IMG/VR virus record: IMGVR_UViG_3300036790_000048 | Coordinates: 64,001 to 128,000 of that record | Strand: one strand, 5' to 3' | Origin: a virus | Taxonomy: Duplodnaviria > Caudoviricetes | Length of the DNA: 64,000 nt | Shown here: piece after piece, positions 18,901 to 27,300 of the stretch | How positions within the stretch are numbered: the first letter of the stretch is position 1 | Layout: each line of letters begins with the position of its first letter | The notes under the pieces: model-generated | The model's input: the letters and a program-made list of their open reading frames with translations, nothing else | Told to the model about the DNA's origin: nothing | Database searches by the model: none | Program-made: the position numbers and the translations under genes

Positions 18901-21672
18901 GTACAGCGTCCAGCTGCCGCTCTGGTAGATATAGAGCTGGTTGCCAGCCGAGGTGTTATACCACAGGCTGCCCGTGTTGATCGTGCCGCTGGGAGCCGTG
19001 CCCTGCACGTAGACCTCGACGCCGCCGATCTGCGCAGCGGTGAAGTTCACCCCGCCAGCGCCGGGCGCGTAGCTGGTCCAGCTGCCCGACTCGTAGATGT
19101 AGACCTCGTTGGCGGACGCGGTGTCGTACCACAGGCTGCCAGCGGCGATGGTGCCGCTCGGAGCCGTGCTCTGCACGTAGGTCTGGATGCCGCCGATGTC
19201 CGTGGCGTGGAACGCGACCTGCCCGGCGGTGATGCCCGCGGTCGCGCTCAGCTGCGTGGTGGTAAGGCTCCCAGAAGCTATGGCGCTCGCGCCGAACTGG
19301 TACAGCTGCCAGCTCGTGCCAGTCCACTGGTAGAGCTGGTTGCCAGCCGAGGAGTCGTACCACAGGTCGCCCACGTTCGGGTCGGCCGGTGCAGTACCCG
19401 AGAAGGTGACCAGCGCGCCCGTCGCGAGGGTGAAGCTAAGTGCAGTCTGCGGCACGCTGTTGCTGACCAGCATGCTGCCGGGGATGACCTCAGTCGTCGC
19501 CGGCTGCCCCGGTGCAGGTGCAGTTGCAGGTGCAGTCCCCTGAATGGATGCAGCCACCGCTGCAGCCAGCGGAGAAGCCACCGTAAGCCCTACCGCACTA
19601 GAAGCCCCGGTCGCCTTGCCGATCGAGGATGCAGGCGCGCTCGGCAGCGATACCGGGCTGGTGCCGACGATAGGCCCGGTCGTGCCCAGCGAGAACGCTC
19701 CCAGCGTGGAAGCCGCCTGCCCGCCGAGCTTGTTCACCAGGTACTGCAGGTACTGGATCATCACCTGCCGGTAGGTCTGGATGATCAGCTCGCAGGACTC
19801 GTTCCCGTCCTGGTCGATCGTGTAGGTGATGCCGACCACGCGCTGCGCCTCGATGGCGCCGAAGTCGCCGCGCTCGATGCCCACCCAGTCCCAGATGCCG
19901 AAGTCCGTGAACGGCGTCTTGCCAGGCGCGGCCGGGGGAATCTGGAAGACCCGCGCGTCGGTCTCCTGCCCGTACTGCTGCACCGCAGCCTGCGCGGTCT
20001 GCGCAGTCGATGCCTCATCCATGGTGCCCGCGGACGCCACGAAGATCTCCCGCTGCCCCCACTGCGTGATCGAGGAGGGGTTGGTGTAGCCGTGGATCTG
20101 CCCGTCAACGTCCTGCGCCGCAGCGACGTTGTATAGCTGGCTGCGGTCCTGCGTCCGCCCGTACTGCGTGCTCTCGCCCTCGTGGAACACGATGGTGCCG
20201 CTGTAGTCCGTGCCCAGCGTTCCCTGGTTGCCGACCTCCAGCACATAGCCGGGCAGCATCATCCAGTCGGCGTCGATCGCCCCGCCGTAGTTCTGGATAA
20301 GGCTCAGCAAGTCAGACCCGACCGCGACCTGAATGCTCCACTCGTCCGTCCACGGCTGCCCGCCGCTGTCGATAAGCTGGTCGAAGCTAAGGCTGACGAA
20401 CGGCAGCGTCCCCCGGTCCTGCGCCCTGAACAGCAGGTCCTGGTATACCGCAAAGATCGGCTTGGAGAGGTATACCGGCCCCATGTTCGGGCTGACCTCG
20501 ACCTCGCCGTTGGGCGATGTGAACTGCGCGTAAGCCGCGCTTGCAGTACTGTAGCTCCCGCCGAGGTAGACATCGACGTTGGTCACGTCCCACAGCCCTG
20601 CAGCCTCAGTAAGGCTCCATTGCAGCGTCCACGTCGCGTCGTCAGGAGAAGTCCACCACCGGAACAGCAGCGTGCCGCCGCTCTGCACGTCGCAGCTGAG
20701 CCGCCAGTACTGCGCAGTGGAGGAGGAGTAAGCCGTGCTCGTGCCGGTAGCGGGGTTGTACCCGCTGTCCTCGCCCACCCGGCCGGGGCTGATGACGTGC
20801 GTGGTCACGACGCCGTTGACGTCCTGGTACTGGCAGTAGAACTGCGCGTACCCCAGCGCGATGGAGGCGTAGCCGCTGCCCGTGCCCGCCTTGACGATGA
20901 TCTCGGTGAAGTCGGTCAGGTTGGTGACGTCGGTGTACCCCTGGTCAGCCTGATCCGCGTTCAGCGTCGCAGGAGCCACACTGCAGCTAAACGAGCTGTT
21001 ACTGAAGTCGAACGTCCCGCCGCCGAGGTAGGAGCCGCCGGGGTTCAGCTCGACGTTGACGTACCCGTCGCTCGGGATGCAGGCAACCGACCCGGTGCCT
21101 ATCTGCGTGTTGGTGTCGCTGTTGTAGCCGTAGTTGGGGAAGCCGGTCGGGCTGGTCGGCCCCGCAGCGCTGTTGGTCCGGTTCCACAGCTCCAAGTCAG
21201 GCAGGAGCGTCACGCCGTCCGCGGCGTAAGTCTCGAACTGCGTGATGGTGCTGGTCTTGCTCACGAACGTGGTCTGGCTCGGCGTCCACCCGGTCGGCAT
21301 CGCCATGGCCCAGTTCAGTACCTGTGAAGTATCCGGCCCGGTGACCGTGACGGTGCGCGTCTCGTCTGAGCTGACCGTGGTCCTGGTGGCCGTCTGGTTC
21401 AGGAACTCGAAGATGACCTCGCCGTCGCGCCTTGCCTGCCACAGCGTCTCTTTCGCCAGCACCGGCGTGGTGTCAGGCGTGTAGGGCGGCTGGTTCAATG
21501 CTGGGTTCTGCAGGCTGAGCGTGATCTGCCCGGCCCCCTGAGATCCCTGCGCCCCGCCTAGCGGTGCCACGCTCAGAGACTGCCAGTACGGCACTACAGC
21601 CAGGAGGGCACCGTAGCCGTTGCTGGCGCTCGGACCCTCGTATACGTATACCTCCCAGCCCTCACCGCTCAT
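15967..21672 (-). CDS. Large tail tip/fibre protein (1901 aa)
   Basis: Lies downstream of TMP and Dit. Has a Tal-like N-terminus, three P..G.LWYxxxxxNxxYxYxxxSW repeats, an I-x-A-x-x-I beta-helix run and a Gly-rich domain. Confidence 0.85.
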   Translation of the reverse strand: MSGEGWEVYVYEGPSASNGYGALLAVVPYWQSLSVAPLGGAQGSQGAGQITLSLQNPALNQPPYTPDTTPVLAKETLWQARRDGEVIFEFLNQTATRTTVSSDETRTVTVTGPDTSQVLNWAMAMPTGWTPSQTTFVSKTSTITQFETYAADGVTLLPDLELWNRTNSAAGPTSPTGFPNYGYNSDTNTQIGTGSVACIPSDGYVNVELNPGGSYLGGGTFDFSNSSFSCSVAPATLNADQADQGYTDVTNLTDFTEIIVKAGTGSGYASIALGYAQFYCQYQDVNGVVTTHVISPGRVGEDSGYNPATGTSTAYSSSTAQYWRLSCDVQSGGTLLFRWWTSPDDATWTLQWSLTEAAGLWDVTNVDVYLGGSYSTASAAYAQFTSPNGEVEVSPNMGPVYLSKPIFAVYQDLLFRAQDRGTLPFVSLSFDQLIDSGGQPWTDEWSIQVAVGSDLLSLIQNYGGAIDADWMMLPGYVLEVGNQGTLGTDYSGTIVFHEGESTQYGRTQDRSQLYNVAAAQDVDGQIHGYTNPSSITQWGQREIFVASAGTMDEASTAQTAQAAVQQYGQETDARVFQIPPAAPGKTPFTDFGIWDWVGIERGDFGAIEAQRVVGITYTIDQDGNESCELIIQTYRQVMIQYLQYLVNKLGGQAASTLGAFSLGTTGPIVGTSPVSLPSAPASSIGKATGASSAVGLTVASPLAAAVAASIQGTAPATAPAPGQPATTEVIPGSMLVSNSVPQTALSFTLATGALVTFSGTAPADPNVGDLWYDSSAGNQLYQWTGTSWQLYQFGASAIASGSLTTTQLSATAGITAGQVAFHATDIGGIQTYVQSTAPSGTIAAGSLWYDTASANEVYIYESGSWTSYAPGAGGVNFTAAQIGGVEVYVQGTAPSGTINTGSLWYNTSAGNQLYIYQSGSWTLYQFSSAAIAAGGVAASNAGFVAQSIGGTGVFVASSAPYDWSLTPSAGTTSTFTTAGSVLTSATPLALGDTFTDVTNARGGPFTVTSITPSGSNVIVGFTPTASSSISTGDTLHGNTNGNMWFNSASGYQLSTWSAGVWTAYQYGTSAIAAGAITATQIASNTITAGQILAGTITGSLIASGTIQAGNIQSGTITATQIAANTILAANLVSGIVVAGIVDATTITGASVVADGAAGQLLIYSGTPQTGNLVGSWSGQAGTDGFSNPYPAGLQVLSGAITGVDLDSTNITNSSMDSTSTLTGTAITQAPISGGSMIETEITFDSTDGWLLAYTSTTTTITESSNGNYTFTPPAGVTTCSVTCTGAGAGGGGGTTSNGGESGGGGECASNPNLPVVPLATYGYVVGNGGGGGSTGNAGGNGGDSYFNGGPYAHGGQAGYGGTGGAGGTGSSDPIHKNGGAGQNSGSGTGGAGGGGSAGTVNGGGQATVPSGSTGSAGGVAGTGGGAAGGHGGNGAANGSNGNSPGAAGGGAGAASGVVAFSQTFDATSSKSYYGSDASNGDANGTRASNSTIWQGGELATGGSANGTQKAAWLFNSSAIQAACVGVTVSQINCIMSNQHSWYGSGMTVQLRGWPASKGSSLPSTWDGTGATALTQFNVDEGERITVPLYSNTVAPVQFPNGTLIGFTIGPGPSSWDLSYYGYFNGTGSGSEALQLEVIGTTGSAPTQAGAGADGEVVITYTSGSTLVAAVSPEAFTDQYSNAIAAGMMSTAYTLIGGSAPSTPASGNAALWASSAGTASVTSDSGQTGTLDFSQTDAATHSNSNAGTQLLTKAWTIDANDASVGTVYEILVPFNAQYESETIQLRPQLNGSNTSGDSGGDITGSASWSAGAGLTGWARLFVQIITTGTGGTANFFWEAHLGLNSTRSTGTNTNFMNLSAQNTGVTFNTTVSNTISLVSIFGASAASQFVTGEGSTFTRKGP

Positions 21673-22165
21673 CGGGTGTCACCCGCCTATGACAGACGAT
21701 GCCAGTCGGCAGGGATGCGTCACACGGGCATAGGACTATGGTGGCGTAGCTGTCAGGCACTGAGAAGCTATTACCGCAGCTCGGGCACTCGTATACCGTA
21801 ATTGCAGGCGGCTCGACCCATTGGGCGATACCTCTGGAGCAGTCTGACGGCGCGAAGTGCCCTGTCATATCAGAGATGACATTGCCCAAGTCATCAGCTC
21901 TGCTCACGTCAGCAGATTCGACCAGGCGTTCAGGCGCGTTCATCGCCATCCCGCACAGATGGTGCTGCCCCATAGCAGCCGCGAACGCAGCGCTGCTCAT
22001 CCTCTGCGCAGACGATCCCGCCACCTGCTGGGCGTCCTTCTGAGCCGCCTCGATGATCTTCTTGTCCGACGCCGTGTGCACCTCTACGCAGTACTCAGGC
22101 GCGCATTTATTGAGGCCCAGCGCCTCCCACTGGCATCCATTGAGCGTGCAGCGCGGATGATCCAT
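21662..22165 (-). CDS. Cys-rich hypothetical protein
   Basis: YECPSCG and LCPC. Weaker GC bias than the flanking genes. Confidence 0.5.
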   Translation of the reverse strand: MDHPRCTLNGCQWEALGLNKCAPEYCVEVHTASDKKIIEAAQKDAQQVAGSSAQRMSSAAFAAAMGQHHLCGMAMNAPERLVESADVSRADDLGNVISDMTGHFAPSDCSRGIAQWVEPPAITVYECPSCGNSFSVPDSYATIVLCPCDASLPTGIVCHRRVTPDER

Positions 22166-22171
22166 CGTGGG

Positions 22172-22396
22172 TCAGATTCCCCCGCGCTCGATCGTCACCA
22201 GACTGCTCAGCTGCGGGTTCGACTGGTCGAGCCACAGCGGCTCCTCGATGTGCAGGCGACAGCGGGTGCACACAAGGTGGTAGCGCCTCATCCAGGCCTG
22301 CTTCCACGGCCTATCGTAGATGAGTTTGACGCAATGCCCAGTGGGCTGGCACGCCCCATGGCGGCCAGCCCACTCGGATAGCTCCTGCCCTTCCAC
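22172..22396 (-). CDS. Small Cys/His protein
   Basis: GAGGAG SD and CTRC. Confidence 0.45.
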   Translation of the reverse strand: MEGQELSEWAGRHGACQPTGHCVKLIYDRPWKQAWMRRYHLVCTRCRLHIEEPLWLDQSNPQLSSLVTIERGGI

Positions 22397-22427
22397 CGCT
22401 TGGACTCCTCAGGTCTCTACGGGCGGA

Positions 22428-23441
22428 TTACGACGACTCGCTGCCTATCACCATGTTGAAGCTGTTACCTACCGGTACGGTCGGTGCCAGCGTCACCTGG
22501 CCGCCGCCGTTGACCGTCTGCGCCTCCACCAGGTCCCAGCCGCTCTCCAACGCGCTGTGGTTGGCGTCGTCGTAGTTGGTGAACGTGGCGTCGCTGAAGT
22601 CCGCCAGCGGGTTGTCCGCGGGCGCTGTGAGCGTCGGTGCCGCAGTGCTATTGACGCCGATCCCGGCCTCATAGAACTGCTCCTGGCCGTTGCCCACGCC
22701 AGTGGTCACGTACTGGATGAACGTCCTCTGCCCGAGGCTCGCGCCAGCCGCGTTGTAGACGTTCAGGGTGTACTGCAGCGCCCGGTGGTGCGACTTGCTC
22801 AGCGCGTCGTAGTAGACGTCCACCACCACGCTGTCACCGACTGCCAGCGGCATCGAGTCCCTGGCCGCGTCCGTACTCGACGGAGCCGTCGCGTACACGC
22901 CAGTGGTGCCCAGCTCCTGAGGCGTGGTGCCGTTCGCCAGCCCGTCAGCCCCGGCTAGCTGGATGGCCCCGTTGGTCGGGCCGGTGGCGAGAACGCCATC
23001 CTGCACGCATGGGTCAGCCGCGCCGACCGTGCTGGTGAGCGTCCCGAAGTTGCCCAGCACCTCGAACGTGGGAGTGCTGTCCGCGCCGACTCCAGGCAGG
23101 TAGACGAGGCCGATCTGCGCAGCCACGCTGGTCTCAGGGTTGCACAGCTCAGTGCCGACCGCGCTTACCTCGCCAGCCGCGCCGCCGCCCATGTTCTCCA
23201 TTGCCTGCGTGATGGTGAACTTGGCGTGCGCGTCCCTGATGTGCCAGTTGTTGGCCTCATTGACGTAGTAGCCAGCCTCGCCGCTGGTGTTGGAAGTCGT
23301 ACCGCTGGGCGCGTTCGCCGCGCTCGCCAGACCGGTCGCGCCGACCACGAGGCCAGCCGCGACTACGAGAATCGCCGTCGCCTTCACACGCCGCGGAAGG
23401 CCCTTGGCCCTCTGGTAGACGTGCCTTGGTGAGTACCTCAT
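22428..23441 (-). CDS. Secreted protein resembling glutamic peptidase family G1 (A4)
   Basis: Signal peptide ending ASA. GEAGYY, AQIG, GDSVVVDV, YEAG and LADFSDATFTN occur in the G1 motif order. Confidence 0.5.
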   Translation of the reverse strand: MRYSPRHVYQRAKGLPRRVKATAILVVAAGLVVGATGLASAANAPSGTTSNTSGEAGYYVNEANNWHIRDAHAKFTITQAMENMGGGAAGEVSAVGTELCNPETSVAAQIGLVYLPGVGADSTPTFEVLGNFGTLTSTVGAADPCVQDGVLATGPTNGAIQLAGADGLANGTTPQELGTTGVYATAPSSTDAARDSMPLAVGDSVVVDVYYDALSKSHHRALQYTLNVYNAAGASLGQRTFIQYVTTGVGNGQEQFYEAGIGVNSTAAPTLTAPADNPLADFSDATFTNYDDANHSALESGWDLVEAQTVNGGGQVTLAPTVPVGNSFNMVIGSESS

Positions 23442-23489
23442 GCGCGTGCCCTTCCCTAGTCGATATACGCCAGTCTATCGGCGTTTGCG

Positions 23490-24371
23490 CTACAAGTACG
23501 GCGGCTGGAAGTAAACATCGACTGAACCCGAGTCGCCCCCGTTGCCCGTGGCCACCGAGATCACGTTGATGCCCGGCAGCAGGATCATCCACGGCCGGGC
23601 TCCAGCGTGCGTGACGTTCCCCAGCTGACTGGTGCCGTTCTGGTCGTAAGCCGTGTAGCTCAGGATGTCCAGCACCAGCGACTTGCCCGCGGCGATCGTG
23701 TAGCCCACCGTGCAGCTCACCCCAGCCGTCTGGTTGGTGATGACGATGGGAGCCGTCAGCGGCCCGAACAGGTTCATGAAGAACGGGACGCCGCCCTGGC
23801 CAGCAGCCTGCCCGAATCCGTTGGCAGCATCGCCAGGGTTGGTGATGGTGCCGCTTCCGTTGGCAGCCACGCCGTTGATCTGCTGGTTGCCGTAGAAGTA
23901 CGGGTCAGGCAGCAGCAAGTCCACGCTCAGGTTGGCCATGGTCCGGCCGCTCATAGTCGGCTCCAGCGTGCCAGCGACCTCGGCCAGCGCGTTGGCCACC
24001 ACCAGGCTGGTGCTGCCGCTCTGCGTCACCCACCAGCGGCGAGTGAGGAAGCCGAGCGCGCTCCCCTGCACTCCCTGCACCCAGAACATCGACCGCAGCT
24101 GCTGGAAGTTGTTATTGAACGCGAGCCGCTGGTCAGCCGCCGGCCCGCCGCTCGTCTGGTCGATGCCAGCCGCCCACATGCTCAGCGTGATCACCCGCTG
24201 GTCAGGCTGCTTGGCCCTCCATATCTGGCCAGCCCGGTAAGCCACAGGGTAGTTCTGACCGCGCAGCAGCGGCAGGTCCTGGCGGCTGCCGCCGAAGCTC
24301 GCGATATTCCACCAGGGCTGATTCAGGCTAACGCCATTCCAGCTCCAGTACTCGTCGGTTGTGTTGGTCAT
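23490..24371 (-). CDS. Distal tail (Dit-like) protein
   Basis: Immediately after the TMP. Contains LPDPYFYG, ITNPGD and LLPGINVI. Confidence 0.8.
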   Translation of the reverse strand: MTNTTDEYWSWNGVSLNQPWWNIASFGGSRQDLPLLRGQNYPVAYRAGQIWRAKQPDQRVITLSMWAAGIDQTSGGPAADQRLAFNNNFQQLRSMFWVQGVQGSALGFLTRRWWVTQSGSTSLVVANALAEVAGTLEPTMSGRTMANLSVDLLLPDPYFYGNQQINGVAANGSGTITNPGDAANGFGQAAGQGGVPFFMNLFGPLTAPIVITNQTAGVSCTVGYTIAAGKSLVLDILSYTAYDQNGTSQLGNVTHAGARPWMILLPGINVISVATGNGGDSGSVDVYFQPPYL

Positions 24372-27300
24372 CCGAGCTGCCTCCCCGCCAGGAACGTGGC
24401 CCTCTGCGTCGCGTGCGTCAGCGACGTGCTGGCCGCCTCAGGCCGCGGGTTCGTGATGTTGATGTCCCCGAACGTCACATTGGTGCCCTGGCCGCTTGCA
24501 GTCGCCTGCGCCGCAGCGCTCCTGGTGTGAGCGGGCTCGCGCGTTGCGCGGTTGACAGCGCCCACAGTCGGCTGCACCCCTCCAGTGATCCGCGTAGGCG
24601 ATGCAGGCAGCATGTTCAGCGAGCCGAGCAGGTCGCCCAGCGCTACGCCGCCAGACGCGTATCCCTCGATGGGCGCGTTCTTCATGCCCGGCAGCGGGTT
24701 CAGCACGATGGGATTCGTGTTGGCCGTGATCAGGCCGGACATGGCCCCGACGCCAGATCCACTGCCCGGTCCCGGTGTCTGGTTGGTCTGCGGGTTAAGG
24801 ATGGCCCCAGGCCCGTATAGCTGCTGCCACGTCTTGTACTGCGCCTGGACGTCGCCCAGCTCATTGCCCAGGATGCCGGTCAGGTTGTCGTAGGTCTCGG
24901 GGTGATAGTGCCGCAGTCCCTGGTAGACCTTGGTTCCCGGTCCCAGCTTCAGCGTCTTGTACTGGCCCAGGTAGCTCATCAGCTGGTTCCACTCGCTCTG
25001 CGTCATGTTCGACGCGTCCGCAGTGTGGCCCATCAGGTTGTGCCAGAGCTGGGTCTCCTCCATCTGGTACGACTTGAGGTCAGCGAACAGGGGAGCCGTC
25101 GTCTTGTTCTTGACTGCGCCCGTGTTGGTGGCCAGCAGCGCCGCGTACGCACTCGCCTCGGCGTTCTGCCAGAAGTCCGAGTTGGTCTGCTGCGTCAGCC
25201 AGGTCCCGACGTACGGCGGCGCGCCAGGGTTGGGAGTCGTGTTGATGCCGCTGCTGCTGGTAGTGGCAGCCGGAGCGTTGGCCAGCAGCCACTTCTCCTC
25301 AGCCGCGTTCGCGTAGTACTGCTGGCCCGAAGTCGCAACCGTGTGCACCTGGTGCATGTCATTGACGCCAGCCACCCACCAGGGCAGCTGCTGCGGCTTG
25401 GCAGCCAGCAGCGACTGCGCCTGAGCCACAGTGATGGGGTCGTACCCGTCAGATGCCTTGGCAGCCACATTGAGCCAGGACAGCTCAGCCGCGTTCGCGT
25501 AGTACTGCTGCTTGGAGGACAGCGTGTGCACCTGGTGCATGTCATTAGGACCGGCCACCCACCAGGGAAGCTGCTGGACAGGCGCGTCCAGCAGCTTCTG
25601 AGCCTGCGCCAGGGTGATGGCGGTGTAGCCAGCCGAAGCGCCAGCCGCCGGTAGCGCCGCGTAGACCTCAGCAGCGATCGACGGCCTCGTGTCGCTGTAC
25701 CGCACTGCCGGGCGCTCGTAGTCCAGCGAGAAGATGTCCGCCGCGGCATTAACGCTCGTCTGCGCGTTGATCCGGCCGAACCCGCCGTTGGCGTTGATGT
25801 AGCCGACTACGCCAGCCTCCTGCACCTGCAGATCGTGCGCCACGTTGCCAGTCGGCTTCTTGTACCCAGCCGGCAGCCCGATCGTGTTGCCAGTCCAGCC
25901 AATCAGCCCGAAGCCGCCATCGCCCACCGACTCAGGGTTGCCACCGCTCTCGCCGTAGATGTCACCGGCAATGCCAGCCGCCGATGTCCTGGTGGCCCCG
26001 TGCTGCATCAGGTACTCAGCCACCGTGATCAGGTTGGCCACTCCGCCGGACGCGAACCTCGACGACATGGTGCGAGTGGGAGGAACCCCGCCAGCAGCCA
26101 TCAGCGAGGTCGGAGTCCCGCCAGACGCCATGGAGCCGCCCAGCATGGGCACTGACATGCCGCCAGCCGCGAACGGGATAGTCACCATGCCCCGGCCAGG
26201 CGTGGACCCCGCGAACGCTCCGCCAGCCACGTTGGAGCCGAGCTGGCCGCCAGTGGGGACGCTGCCGCCAGACTCCCAGCCGTTGCCCCATGCGCCGCCA
26301 GCCGCCAGGCCAGCGATCTGCGATGCCAGCGCGATGCCCTCGGAGTGCACGTCGCTGATGCCAGCGCGCTCAACGCCGTGATCCCACAGAGCCGCAGCCG
26401 CAGCAACCGAGCTGGCGCTCATCATCTGCCGGATGACGCCCTCATCGCCGTTGTTCTGCACGAACCGGATGATGGCGGGCAGCTGCGTGGCCATGCCGCC
26501 GCTGTAGTCAGCGTTGGAGATCGAGGACGGCGGCGTCCACTCGATGATGCCTCGGCCAGCGCTATCGTGGACGAACGGGTTCCACAGCGACTCGCCCCAG
26601 ATGGACGCAGTGGCACCGGCCGCGGCGATCTTGTGCCCGCCGAACAGGTTGGTCAGCAGATAGTTGTAAAGCTCGCGCCCGTTAGCCATCTCGCCGCCGG
26701 TGGCCCCGCCAGCCGGAGCGCTGCCGCCAGCGCCAGAGGCAGCAGCCGCGGCCTGAGCCTTCTGGTCCTGGCCCATCATGAAGTTGTCGATGCCCTGCTT
26801 GATCTGCGCCGCAGCGCCGCGCAGGAGCGCACCCGGTGCAGTGTCATCCGGCAGGACATTAACCATGGGCTGGACAGTCGCATCCCAGACCCCGTTGAAC
26901 ACGTCAGTCGCGCCCTCGCGCGCCAGCTTCAGCAGCGCCCCAGCGCCGCCCTTGACGTCTCCCACCAGGTCCTTGAGTCCGCCTGCCAGCGCAGTACCGC
27001 CGTCAACGGTCAAGTTCTCGATGTCCGAGAAGATCGCGCCCAGCGCGCCGAGAATCTCGCTGACGATGCTCTTGCCGCCGATGCCGCCGAGGCGGATGCC
27101 CACGACAAACTTGTCCTGGTCGATCGGTGTGTCAGTGACGCCCTCAGCCGTATCGTAGGCAGACACCAGCGTGGTGGCCGATGCCGCCATGCCGACGTGG
27201 CCGATGCCCTCACCGAAGTTCGACGGAGCCGGGTCAGCGCCGACGAAGAACAGCAGGTCGCCAGTCTCGACCTGGCTGCGCGCGTTGTAGTGGTACGGCT

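Noticed and set aside
16156-20136. 1326-aa plus-strand ORF, and similar ones at 26345..29086, 30338..32503, 55099..56877 and 59165..60718
   Set aside because: These are antisense shadow frames of high-GC genes. They are R/A/V-rich, have no motifs and fully overlap well-supported minus-strand genes.
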